From Mantamonas sphyraenae STR306 (lineage: Eukaryota; Protista; CRuMs): DNA of 64,000 bases. Every line of letters starts with the position of its first letter. Position 1 is the first letter of the stretch. This document shows positions 22,754 through 33,943 of this stretch, piece by piece. The notes beneath the pieces are model-generated. The model did not search any database. It was not told the origin of the DNA and saw nothing but the letters and a program-made list of their open reading frames with translations. The position numbers and the translations under genes are program-made. The DNA lies in contig JAPMXV010000073.1 of the NCBI GenBank assembly GCA_026936335.1, positions 62,001 to 126,000 on the forward strand, written 5' to 3'.

Positions 22754-23477
22754 CTAGTCGTCTGGCCCTGGATGCACAGGATGTGGCAATGGAATCATGC
22801 TCTTCCTCTCCACGTCTCTCGGCAACGCCTTGTGCATGTCTGAGCCTTGTGTGTGAGCCCCCGCTCATCCCCCTCCTCCCTTTTCACCCCCCCCCCCTCC
22901 ACACCCACCCCACAACCCCCCCCTTTCCCACCCCACACCCCCACCCACCCACTACTCACCATACGCATCCTCCTCCCCAGCATAATACCCCAGGACCGTC
23001 CTGTAAATCACGTATCCCAGCCCCTCGTACATCTGAATTGCCACGGCATTCGACTTGCGCACATACAGATCCACAAAGTACCCGTTGTACACATACTGCG
23101 ACACAGCCTCCAGGTTATCCATCATCCTGCTTGCCAGTCCCATCCTCCTTGCCTGCGGCGCCACCGTCACCGCCGTCACGTGGCCGTGCCACTTTTCGCC
23201 CCGGCCCTCCGCCTTTCCCAGGCAGTAACCTACGCCGTACACGCCGCATGCCCGGCCTGTGTCAGTATCCATCCCTTCTCCGTCACCCGAAGAAACCGCC
23301 CTCCTACGTCCTACCAATGCCCAGGCCCGTCGGCGACAACCGCATTTCGCACAGATCCGGCCACTCGCTCAGGTACTGCAGATAAAACGAGTCTGTGTAC
23401 GTCTCTGTCAGTACGTCCAGGTTCACTGCATTCATTGTAAACAGGTCATTGCACACAAACGGCCTGGAAATCGACAT
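22754..23477 (-). CDS. NAA20: N-alpha-acetyltransferase 20 (NatB catalytic subunit), 3 exons
   Basis: Introns 23230..23314 and 22840..22959; NLDVLTETY, WHGHVTAVTVAP, FVDLYVRKSN, EEDAY|DMHKAL..IPLPHPV. Confidence 0.93.
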
Positions 23478-23583
23478 CCCTTTGCCTGGCCCACCGCCCC
23501 GCCGCCCCACCCACCCCAACACAAAACCCCCTCTCCTCCTCTCTACCCCCTCTCCTCCTTCCCCTCCCCTCCCCTCCCCTCCC

Positions 23584-23868
23584 ATGCAACGCAAGCCCCG
23601 CCTTGCCGACCATGTGCCCGTCCTTCCGGCTACCCAGGACAACACCTACCTCTACGGCTACGCCCTCCTCGTGGCCACCTTTCTCTTCTTTGCCGTTTCC
23701 ACCTACTGGGTCCTCGTCAGCTCCTGGATGCCCCAAACCGGCAATTCTGTCCTCGATTGGATGGCCAGCGACCGCTACTACTGCCTCCTCGTGCCCATGA
23801 CCATCCCCATGACCGTCATCAGCGTCTACACCAATTGGCTTTCCCTCAAGTTCTTCCGACACAAGTGA
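23584..23868 (+). CDS. PIG-Y-like GPI-GlcNAc transferase subunit
   Basis: Two TM helices, MPQTGNSVLDW, DRYYCLLVP, NWLSLKFFRH motifs. Confidence 0.8.
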   Translation: MQRKPRLADHVPVLPATQDNTYLYGYALLVATFLFFAVSTYWVLVSSWMPQTGNSVLDWMASDRYYCLLVPMTIPMTVISVYTNWLSLKFFRHK

Positions 23869-23912
23869 AGACCCCACCCCCAACTGTTACAACTATATTC
23901 ATTATTCACACC

Positions 23913-25507
23913 TCACACCACCTGCGAGTCGTTCAACGCCAACCACGACGAACTCGTTACAAAGACCCCAAACAAAATCACCAGCACCCGGAAACGCCTG
24001 CTCGCAGCACACGCGCTCCCTCGGTCACCACATCCACATCATGCCTCCACGTGCACCAAAACCACACCAATGCCGCTGCTCCCCACTCGCACACCAGCAT
24101 AATCACCGCCAGCGTCATCAGGTTGGCAAACTGGCCCTCTGGCAAACGTCCCACAGAATACAGCTCCCGGTTCCATGTGTAGTGCACCACTGCCCCGTGT
24201 GCAAGAAACCCGAAAATAGACGTCCTCTGAGCCATTGCAAACCAGTAGTACCGCGTGCTCACCATGCGCACATACGATCGCCGATCCACATCCGGCGACA
24301 ACGCCTGCAGCACCTCTGCGAAGCGAGGCATTCGCCGACGTGCATACGCCTGCAGCGCCTTGCGCCACTCATACACCTTCTCTTCCATCAGCGTCATGTA
24401 CACCAGCACCACCGCCAGATTCTCCACCACCAGCACCGTCGCAAAGTTGTCGTCATCAAAGCTGTAAAACAGCGAACGGTAAAAGACGACCTGTAGCACA
24501 CGCGACATCCAGTGTGCAACACTACGCATCGTAAACCCGGACCCTCCATAATGATCCGCGTCGATGCGTCCGCACACGCCTACCAGCACCTCCATCAGCG
24601 GGAACATCGCCGGCACAAACGCAACCGAGTACCACGTCCGCTCCTGCGCCGTCAACTCGCTTACTCGGTAGAGATAGGCTGCCAGCTGCACCGTCACCAC
24701 CTGCAACATCATCACCACAATCACCTTGCTCACCTCGGCAAACCCGGAACGCGCAGTCGACTCCATGTGCACCACCATTCGCAGCGAGTTGGCCTTTCGC
24801 AGTGTCTTGGACGCAGGCGACATGTCTCGCGTCATGTACTCGTTCGTCTGCTCCACAGACGCGCGCATCTTCTTCACGTGATGCTGTGCCCCCAAGTACA
24901 GTGCCAGCATTGTCCCAAGCGTCACCACAACCGTTACAATCAGACGCGACCCCTCCATCCTCCACAGCAGCAAGTCCAACACTCCTGTCGTCACCAAGCT
25001 CACCAGGCCAATCAACAGCTGGTTGAACGGCTTTGCAAACGGGTTGTACACAAACACGCTCACCATTGTGCACAGGCTCATACACAGTAGCAACATCACG
25101 GGCCCGTGTAGCAAAAACCCGTATAGGTACGGGTTCACGTCCTCTACGCTGTTCACCTCGCCCGTGCTAAGCGGAATCAGCAGCAGCAAGCCCGTCCCAA
25201 TCGTCGGACCCATGGCCAACGCCAAACTCAGCGTCCACGCATCCCAATAATTCTGCCATTCCTCCCCACCCTGCATCGAGCTCAAGCGTGGCCGCGCTGG
25301 CCCAGGCTCCTCCAAGAACCGTACGGGCCGTTTGGGTGGCGGAGTAACGCTTTCCCCACGCCCGGAAGGTTTCCCTTGACTTTGCTCCGTCCTACTGGAG
25401 CCCGTCTCCCGACTCTCCCCTTCCACCAGACTGATTTCCGAGTCCGATTGTCTGTTCACTGTCACTTGTTCTGGGTCCTCGCTTTCGTTGCTCTTGCTTC
25501 GAGCCAT
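23913..25507 (-). CDS. Multi-pass membrane protein of unknown function
   Basis: ORF 23978..25540 from MARSKS with ~8-9 hydrophobic segments. A probable frameshift at ~23998 adds a last TM helix (FRVLVILFGVFV...) ending at 23913. Confidence 0.65.
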
Positions 25508-25794
25508 GGAACCCCAAATCATCCTCTGCGCGGAAACCAATCCACATTTTGGTCAGCCGTCTCCGGAGACGCCTTTTCACTTCAGTCCGCCCAACCCCCC
25601 TACCAACCCCACCAAGACCTGCTCACTCCCCAAACAGCCTTCCCCGCAAAATACCAACCCTTCCCACAAGCACAATCACATCGCCCTGGCCCTCACTCAC
25701 CCTGCTTCTTCCGTTCAAAACCAAAGCGCGCCTTCTGTTCTTTTTTCACTTGCCTTTGCACGCGCCTCCTCAACCACACACCCTCCCCCTCTCC

Positions 25795-27274
25795 TCAGTC
25801 ATCTTTTGCCCTGCTGCTGTCTCCACCATCTGCTGTCGGTGTGCGTGGACGCCTCCCCATTGTGCTGCTCGGAGGCGCATCCAGCAGATTCTGCATTGCA
25901 CTCATCGTCTCTGCCAGAGATGAGTCTGCCCGCTGCACCATGGGGCTCGCCGAACCACTCTCGTCCGTCAGCAAGCCGCTGTCCCTCAGCTGCTGCATCA
26001 GATTTGCGCTCATCTCGCGGAACCGTTCCTCCATGTGCGCCTCCTCCTCTTCCTCCTGCTCCTTCAGCAGATTCGACAGCGACTCCTTCTGCGCGTCGAT
26101 GAAATTGGCCATGATCGCAGACACAAACAGGTTGAGCACCACGTACGTGCCAATCAACACGAACGACACAAAGAACGCCACCGACGAAAACCCAAGTCCC
26201 TCCGAGTGTGTGCACCGCTCCGGATGGCTCGTGTATCCGTACGCCTTGCACCCGTCCATGTTGATGTACATCAGGTCCGTCCAGTCCTCCAGCGTAATCA
26301 CCCGCAGCATCGACAGCATCGACAGCCCCAGCGTCCCAAAGTGCACCGGATCGTTCGTGGAGAACATAAAGCATCCCAGCACCGCATACACGTAAAACAG
26401 CAGACACAGCAGAAACCCAATCGACACGATTGACCTCAGCGACTTGATCAACGTCTGCGTCACAACCTGCAGTTCCGGCAGAATCGACAGCAGCCGCAAC
26501 ACTCGCAGCAGACGCACCAGACGCAGCACAGTCACGTACTCCTCGTCCTTCACGAACGACGCCACCACAATCGCAAAGTCAAACACATTCCACAGCGACT
26601 TGAAGTACACCCACGGCTAAAATCCCGTCGTTCCCCGATTCCCGCCCGCGTCAGGTGTCAGCGTGGCTCCTTTTCGCTCTCTGCCCCGCTTCCCACGCCC
26701 TTCCCCTTTGCCTCTTCCTCTTCCCACACCCATCGCCGCCTTCTCGCACCCGACACCCGTCCTCCCACCCGTTTACGTCGCAACCACTGGCCCTCCTTCA
26801 CGCCCGCGCCCTCCGGAAAACGTCCTGCTCCCGCCGAGCATTTCCCCTCTCATCCCTCATCCTTTTTGCTGCCCGTCCTCCCGTCCCACTCACCTTTGGC
26901 AACAACGCCGCCCACTTCAGCAGCACTTCGACCGAGAAAATAGCCACCACCAGGTAGTCAATCACTGCAAATGCAAGCTGGAACTGCAAGTCAAGGCTTC
27001 GGTTCGTTTGGATGCCCACCACCAGGGCGTTCAGCATGATCACAGACACCACAAACTTCTGGAACCAGCCCGAGTACACAACCTCCGCTGCCCAGTCGCT
27101 CAGCTCCGCCATGAACGGCCTCGGTTTGACCCAATCCAGGTGCTCAAACTGCCCGTCCTCGTCCATGAACAGCGAGTCTTCCAACGCCTCCAGCCGATCC
27201 ATTTCGTGCTCGTCCCTCCCACGCACCATCGGCGCCTCGCTCACATCTTCGATGTTCAGGTGGCGTCTCGACAT
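25795..27274 (-). CDS. Single-domain (6TM) voltage-gated Na+/Ca2+ channel, BacNav/EukCat-like
   Basis: Intron ~26618..26894 (GTGAGT..GCTGAC..TTTTAG) joins AALLPK|PWVYFKSLWNVFDF. S4 LRLVRLLRVLRLL, filter ITLEDWTDLMY, S6 VLNLFVSAIMANF. Confidence 0.9.
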
Positions 27275-27357
27275 TCTCGCCAACAACCAGGAAACCTTTG
27301 GTCTGTTCCGCGCGGCCCTCCATCCTCCACCCTCCATCCCATCCAACCCATCACCAC

Positions 27358-28022
27358 ATGAGTCAACCCGAACAACCCCCCACCGACACCTCCGACACGA
27401 CACCTCCGACACCTCCGACAACTCCCCGGAGGAACCCCTCGACTCCCGCGACTCGCCTGAAATCACCCTCACCGAGGAACAGAAGCTCCAAATCTACGAC
27501 GAGTGCATGGAAATCAAGGAGCGAGGCAACAACCTGTACAAACAAGGCCTGCTCACAGAGGCCATCCAAGCCTACGGCGAGGCCATCGACCGTGCGCATC
27601 CGGAAATGGCCGAAGCAACAGGCGTCCTCTATGCAAACCGCGCCGCTGCACACATGCAGCTCGACGCCTGGGAAGACGTCTTTCAGGACTGTACAGACGC
27701 CATTGACCTCCATCCCTCCTACGCAAAAGCCTACAAGCGCCGCGCCGTCGCCGCCGAACACCTCGACAAGCCGGAAGCTGCCCTCGACGACGCACGCCGC
27801 CTCCTCGAACTGGAACCCGACCACGCCCGCCACTGGAACACAGAAATCCGCAGGCTCGAGCAGGCCGTCAAGGTCCGTGACGAAAAGATGAAGGAGGAGA
27901 TGATGGGCCAGCTCAAAGACCTGGGCAACTCCCTCCTCGGCAAGTTTGGCATGAGCGTCGACGACTTCCAGTTTGTCCAGGATCCCCAGACTGGCTCCTA
28001 CTCCGTGAAAATGAACAAGTGA
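27358..28022 (+). CDS. TTC1: TTC1-like TPR co-chaperone
   Basis: KERGNNLYK, YANRAAA, AYKRRA TPRs and C-terminal LKDLGNSLLGKFGMSVDDF..QDPQTGSYS. ATG 27358 needs a frameshift in the GACACCTCC repeat at ~27397. Confidence 0.85.
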
Positions 28023-28040
28023 CCATTACGCGCCTCCCAT

Positions 28041-29652
28041 TCATGCACTATCCCTCCTCCCAAACTCCTCCCCTGCCGGCTTGCTCATCCCCACCGGCGT
28101 CACAGGCGTGCTCTTCAGTTCCCCGGCCCCGCCCTGCTCTGCCTCCACATGCAGCCTCAACGTGCCCTTTCCAGAGGACTCGTCCCCACTCTCTTCCTCT
28201 CCCTCCTCCTCCTCCCCAGGGAGATCTCCCTCTTCCTTCTCCTCCTCCCCATCCGCCCAGAAATCCTTCCCGGCAAACCCGTCCTCCTCCTCCTCCCCTT
28301 CGCTCTCCACCTCGTCCACCAGCGGCATTTGGTCCAACATGTACTCTCGTCCCTTTTCCTGCAACCACTGTTGCCCGGGCATCCACAGGTACACAGACAT
28401 CAGCGTAAACAGGTTGAACAGCGTGTAGAACGCAGTCAACCGCAACGCACTGTTGCTCGAGGGCAACGTCACCGTCGCCACGGCCTCCACAACCACCACA
28501 CCCAGCACAAACATCGAAAACCCCAGCAGGAATCGCAGCCGTGTGTACCGTTCGGGCTCTGCCCGAGTTCCGCTCAACGCACGCATCGCAAGAAGCACAA
28601 TCAGCACAAACAGTGCCACAAACAATGCTGCCGTGGCCACTCCCAACCCACTGAACCCTCCCTGCTCCCGAAGCGACCCCTGTGTCGGGTCGTCTGCTTG
28701 CAGATTCAAGCTCCACACACGGAAGCTCAGCAGCAGCGCCCACAGCACCACACACACCAGTGCCAACACCACACGGTGCACCCGTCGCAACACACTCACC
28801 CGAGCGCCTGCCATTGCGTCGGGGGTCACCAGCCAAAAGTACAGCAGCAACACCACAAACGAGTCTCGAAACACCGCATCCACCACCAGCGCACCCGGCG
28901 ACGCCACAAGCAGCCGCAACGCAAAGAATGGATTGTCCAACGCCACCGTGGCTGCCAGCAGCACCAGCGCCCACTTTTGCTCTGCCGCCCACTGCCTCAG
29001 CGGAAACAAACGCAGCGAACGCACATACGAACACCGTCGCCGCAAGCACAGGCAGGAGCAGAAGGAAGCGAAAGTACAGCTCAAACTGTGTCGACGCATC
29101 GTTGCGGTACACAAACGTCACCAGCGCATCGCCCACCTTCAACGCGTGTGCATCCACCACGCTCGCATTGACTCGGTAGTCCTCAAACTCCAGAAACCGC
29201 AGGTGGGCCACCGTCACGTTGTTGCACAACCTCGCCTTGCTCTCACACCTCACCGTCCGTGTGTGCACCCCGTGCGACGCCAGCGTCTCCCACGGCCCCA
29301 CCCCGCTCTTCCGTCGCCCTTCCAACCCCACATCCAGTTTCACCGCCGTCTCTATCGCCTCGTGCTGCGCCCCGTACACCAAGCCCAGCTTAACAAACAG
29401 CTGTTCCTGCAGAGTCGACATGTTCACAATGCTTACGCTCGCCGTGGCCCCCGTGCCAAGGTCTGTCCCTGTGCAATACGCACTCGCAAACTCACGCAAT
29501 CCCGCCGGACACTGCCACACACTCTGGCTCTGTTCCGTATACAACCCCGGCGCATACGCCCCAATCGCCACCGCCGCAGCCATCACCACCGCAAACACTG
29601 CAAATGCTCGGAATAGCGACGGCCGCGTCGTCTCATCAAACTGAAGCTGCAT
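28041..29652 (-). CDS. TMEM181: TMEM181/Wntless-like membrane protein
   Basis: RTVRC...CNNVTVAHLRFLEFEDY, FTQFE-like STQFELYFRF, W..EQKW..LL...LDNPFF, LLLYFWL. Frameshift at ~29028 joins ORFs 28048..29790 and 28041..29114. Confidence 0.8.
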
Positions 29653-29671
29653 CGCCCTATTCTTGCCCACC

Positions 29672-29678
29672 CCTGCGC
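29672..29678. promoter_or_regulatory. Candidate bidirectional core-promoter motif CCTGCGC (also at 13957, 49099 on minus, 52103, 63253)
   Basis: Exact 7-mer in five short divergent intergenic spacers. Confidence 0.4.
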
Positions 29679-29692
29679 ACCCAACAATCAAC

Positions 29693-31456
29693 ATGGATCT
29701 CCCTGCCATGTTGGCTCTTGCCGAGCGCCAGCACGGCACACGTGTAGCCTGGGACCCCATCCAGCGTCGTCCTCGATGGCTTTGTGACAAACACTCCCAC
29801 CGCGTTCACCTCGCCCTTTTCCGCGCCCTCGACCGCGCCGAATCCACACAACAGACCACAAGCCCTCCCTCTCCAAAGCGCAAGCAACCAGACAGCCCCA
29901 ACGCACCATCCCCGGCCCCCAAACGCCAACGCGTCGCCGTCGTCCGCAAGGCCTCCTCTCTCGCTGCCCTTAGCAACCCACAATCCTCCTCATCCCCCGC
30001 TGCCGTCATTGACACACACACGCCTCCACTGGCCCCTTCCATCCCTTCCAAGAACCCCTACCTGTTGGGCAAAGCTCCTGCTCACCTCAAGGCACGCCTC
30101 CACGTCCAACGCGTGCCGTCTGCCAGGCACACGGGCCAATCCATTGTGTATTGGATGACCCATGTGCCTCGTGTACACAACAACCGCGCACTTGAGCTCG
30201 CTCTCTGGTACCAGCATCAGCTGCACCTGCCCGTCCTCGCCCTCGCCCTCCTTCCACCCTCTCTCTTACCGGACGACGTGGCCCAACTCCGTCGCTCCCA
30301 ACAGGTCCACACCATGGCCACCCTCCAGTTCCTGGCTGCCCTTCGTGCCATGGGCGTCCCCACCGCCGCCGTGTCCTCCGTCGACGCCGTGCCCGCCTTC
30401 TGTGCCATGCACAATGCCCACCTGGTCATCACCGACGATGTCCATGGCACCACACAACACACCGTTGCCCAGGCGCTCCAACAGCCCCTGTTTGCAGTCG
30501 ACTCCCTCCACCTCCTCCCACTCCGCTACGCACATTCCTGCTCCACGCTCGCCCAGCAAACACGCGACGTGCGTGCACAACTCACCAAGCTTTGCGACCC
30601 CAAACACATGCACGCCTCATACACTCCTCTGCCCGGCGCACAGCTCCACGCACACATCGACCGCTCCACCCCACACCTCGTCGATCTCCTCCACACGCCT
30701 ACAGACGCCCTTTTCGACGCCCTGGGCGACGTGCCCATCCTCGGAGGCGAACGCTACGCCCTCTTTGCCCTCGACCAGTGGATCCAGTCTGGTTTCGATC
30801 CTCGCCTCGACGACGACCATCCCCAGGGCCTCTCCCTTCTCCTTGCCTTTGTCGACACGGGTCTCCTCTGCCCGTCCCACCTCCTTGCAAACACCCTCTT
30901 CGCCCCCTCCTCCTCCTCCTCTTCCTCTTCCACTCCCTCTTCCTCCAACCTCCCCGATTCCAACGCAAACGACGCCCGCCAAGATCTCTTCCAACTCCTC
31001 GTCCGACGCCAATGGCACGCCCACCGCGCACACAACCACGGCACACAACTCACCCTGCACAATCTCCCACCTTGGTGGCTCTCCGAGTTTGCTTCCCGCT
31101 CCCCTCTGGCCGAAACCGACCACACGGGCCTCCTCGAGCATGACGAGGTGCAGCAGCAGCTCGTCGATGACGCCGTCCTCGATCTCCGCCGCATCCGTGT
31201 CTGGGCCCGCCGCATCCTGGCTTCCCACGACAGTGCGTGGTTTGCCTTTGAGGCCATCAAAGAGACCTTGCGCACACACTATGCCCTGCGCTGGGACAAA
31301 CGGATGAGCCTCTGGCTCCTTGCAGACGTTTTCGGTCTCGATTCGGCCAAGGGCCAACGCATCTGGTGCAACCTCAATGACAATGCCTACGTCCCATCGC
31401 CCTCTCCCACATCCTCCACTTCCACATCCTCCACCCAAGAATCAAGCCCCACCTGA
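29693..31456 (+). CDS. Degenerate class II CPD photolyase-like protein
   Basis: IVYWMTHVPRVHNNRAL, GGERYAL, LLVRRQ, LPPW and RVWARRIL occur in class II photolyase order, but FAD-binding motifs are eroded. Confidence 0.7.
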   Translation: MDLPAMLALAERQHGTRVAWDPIQRRPRWLCDKHSHRVHLALFRALDRAESTQQTTSPPSPKRKQPDSPNAPSPAPKRQRVAVVRKASSLAALSNPQSSSSPAAVIDTHTPPLAPSIPSKNPYLLGKAPAHLKARLHVQRVPSARHTGQSIVYWMTHVPRVHNNRALELALWYQHQLHLPVLALALLPPSLLPDDVAQLRRSQQVHTMATLQFLAALRAMGVPTAAVSSVDAVPAFCAMHNAHLVITDDVHGTTQHTVAQALQQPLFAVDSLHLLPLRYAHSCSTLAQQTRDVRAQLTKLCDPKHMHASYTPLPGAQLHAHIDRSTPHLVDLLHTPTDALFDALGDVPILGGERYALFALDQWIQSGFDPRLDDDHPQGLSLLLAFVDTGLLCPSHLLANTLFAPSSSSSSSSTPSSSNLPDSNANDARQDLFQLLVRRQWHAHRAHNHGTQLTLHNLPPWWLSEFASRSPLAETDHTGLLEHDEVQQQLVDDAVLDLRRIRVWARRILASHDSAWFAFEAIKETLRTHYALRWDKRMSLWLLADVFGLDSAKGQRIWCNLNDNAYVPSPSPTSSTSTSSTQESSPT

Positions 31457-31478
31457 GAGAAAAAACGTTCCTTCCCCG

Positions 31479-32117
31479 TCACTGATTTCCACTGCTCTTG
31501 CCCTTCCCGTCACCCTCCCCCTCCTCTTCCTCTTCCTCCTCGTCTTCATACTCTTCCTCATCCTCCTCCTCATCCTCCCCTGCCTTGGAATTGGACGACG
31601 AGCCCGACGAGCCGCTGCCGGTTGCCCCAAACTCCTCTTCCGTCACCTTGCCGGCCTCCACCATGTACGGGATCTCCGACGCCAGCCACGGACCCAGTGC
31701 AAGACACATGCTGTGTGCAATGCCAAACCGCGGCACGTTGCGTTGCCACAACGGGTTGAAATGGTCCGTTTGGCAAATGCGTCCGCCTCGGTACATCTTG
31801 GCCGTGCGTCCGTCCAGTTGCGGCAGCATGATGTCAAAGCTGCTCACGGGATACGTCACCGGCAGCTCAAACTTCAACTCAAACTCGTACTTGATCATTT
31901 CGTGCACGTACCACACCTTGCCTTCCCACCGTGTGCCCGTTTTGTTGCTCGTCAGCGTAAACCAGTCGTTGTCGTTCGCCTTGTTCATCTTTACCAGCGC
32001 AATCAACGCCGTGTATTCCTCCTTCAGACGCTGCACCCACTTGTCCCCATCCGTCGGCCCAGCCTTCGTCTTCAGCAGCGGCAACTTGCTCACCGTTTTC
32101 TTCACCGTGTCGTCCAT
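31479..32117 (-). CDS. UFC1: Ufm1-conjugating enzyme 1 with acidic C-terminal extension
   Basis: [44 protein letters not shown]. Confidence 0.95.
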   Translation of the reverse strand: MDDTVKKTVSKLPLLKTKAGPTDGDKWVQRLKEEYTALIALVKMNKANDNDWFTLTSNKTGTRWEGKVWYVHEMIKYEFELKFELPVTYPVSSFDIMLPQLDGRTAKMYRGGRICQTDHFNPLWQRNVPRFGIAHSMCLALGPWLASEIPYMVEAGKVTEEEFGATGSGSSGSSSNSKAGEDEEEDEEEYEDEEEEEEEGEGDGKGKSSGNQ

Positions 32118-32259
32118 GCCTGCCCACACCCCTAATGTCAGCACCTCATGAACCGACCCCTCCCCCCCTCTTCCCTCTCTTTCCCTCCTCCTCCCCACTC
32201 CCACTCCAACCCACTGTGTTGAAGTATTGATTGATTTCTTTGCTTGCCACTCCGCCCCA

Positions 32260-33889
32260 TCACGCCTGGCTCCACAGTTCCAGCACACGTGCATAGAAGC
32301 TCACCGCACGCTCAAACTCGCTCACATTCAACTTCTCATTCTGACCGTGGATGCGCTTCAGGCCGTCGTCCGTCAGTTTGAACGGCGTGAACCGGTACAG
32401 ATTGTCCGCCACCTCCTCGTAATGCTTGCAATCCGTGCCACCCACCACCAGGTACGGCGCCACAATGGACTCGGGCCAGTACTCACGGATGGCCTGGTGC
32501 AACGACTCAAACGCAGGCACGTCCACACGCGACACACGCGACGGGTTGTTTCCCCCGCACTCTTCACCTGGACACGCTCATCCGCCACCACACGCCTCAC
32601 ATACGCCAACACATCCTCCATGCTGTCTCCATGCCGGATGCGAAAGTTGATGTTGGCCGTCGCCACCTGCGGCACCACGTTGCTCTTCTGACCCGCGTGG
32701 AACAGCGTCGGCGCCATCGTCGTACGCAGCAACGCATTCGTCGATGGTTTGGCCTTGAGAATCTGCACCAACAGTGGCTCCAGCACAGGGTTGCTCATCA
32801 CCACCCGCTGTACCATCGGCACATGCGGCGCCAGAAACTCAAACATCTTTGCACTCGCTTCGCTCAGCCGTGCCGGCGGAGGCGACGCCTGCAGACGTTG
32901 CACCGCATCCACCAGCGCCACAATTGGGTTCTCCCCCTCCCTGGGCATGGACGAGTGGCCACCCTTCATCTGGATTGTCAGGTTGACGTTCAGGAATCCC
33001 TTTTCCCCAATGCCCACCACAGCCACAGGCTTGCTGACCCCGCTCACCACCCCATCCGTCACCACGCCTCCTTCGTCCAGCAATGCCTCTGCATGCACCC
33101 CACGTTCCTTCAGCACTCGCGCAATCTGCTTTGCTCCCTTCAGACCTTGCACCTCCTCGTCGTGTCCAAACGCAAGGTACACCGTCCGTTTGGGCGTGTA
33201 CCCTTGCTCCAGCAGCAATTCCACACCCTCCATCGTGCCCACCAGCGACGACTGCACGTACAGCGCCGACCCACAATGTCAGCCCCCGTCAGCACGTCAG
33301 CACTCTCCCCCTGCTCCCCCTACCTCTCTCCCCTCCCTCCCTTTTCCCTCTCACCCTCTCTCTCTCTCTCGTGCACATGCCCCCATCCATCTCCCACATG
33401 TTTCCCTCTTCCAACACTCACTTTGGTGTCAATCGACCCGCGTCCCGTCACCTCGTCGTCGAAAAACATGCCGCCAAACTCGGGAAACTCCCAGTCGTCT
33501 GCATGGTCCACAGGCACCACGTCCTGGTGCGCCATAAGAATCACCGGTTTCAACGAGGCGTCCGAGCCTTGCCACGTGTACAGCAGCGAGTACGTGTTGA
33601 CAAACTCCCGCTTCAGGGTGGCGTGCACACGCGGGAACGCCTTGACCATCCACTTGTGCATCTCATCAAACGCAGTGTAGTTCCACGGCGCCTCTTCACG
33701 CTCATACGACACCGTTGCAAATTGCACCGCATCGCTCAACTTGTGCACTGCTGAGTCACGCGGAGCAGGCTCACGCACTGCAAACTGGTCCGCTTGCAAC
33801 TGCCTGTCCGGCATCGTCATCGTGTTGAACGCAAGGAATGCACTGCCCAACACGGCACACACAAGCATCATGTTCACAACGGCCCCCAT
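32260..33889 (-). CDS. M20 peptidase, PM20D1/Gly-Xaa carboxypeptidase-like
   Basis: [16 protein letters not shown]|S (intron 33252..33421), GHDEEV, DEGG, GGHSSMP, IHGQNE. A missing G in the G-run at ~32553 shifts the C-terminus. Confidence 0.9.
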
Positions 33890-33943
33890 GCTTGACCTTT
33901 CTGCCTCTTTGATTGTTGTCTCTGCACCGGCGCATCCATTGCA

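Noticed and set aside
22754-22756. Stop-codon reassignment suggested by TGA dominance and rare TAG
   Set aside because: NAA20 ends with TAG at the conserved position, several genes end with TAA, and no conserved gene has in-frame stops.
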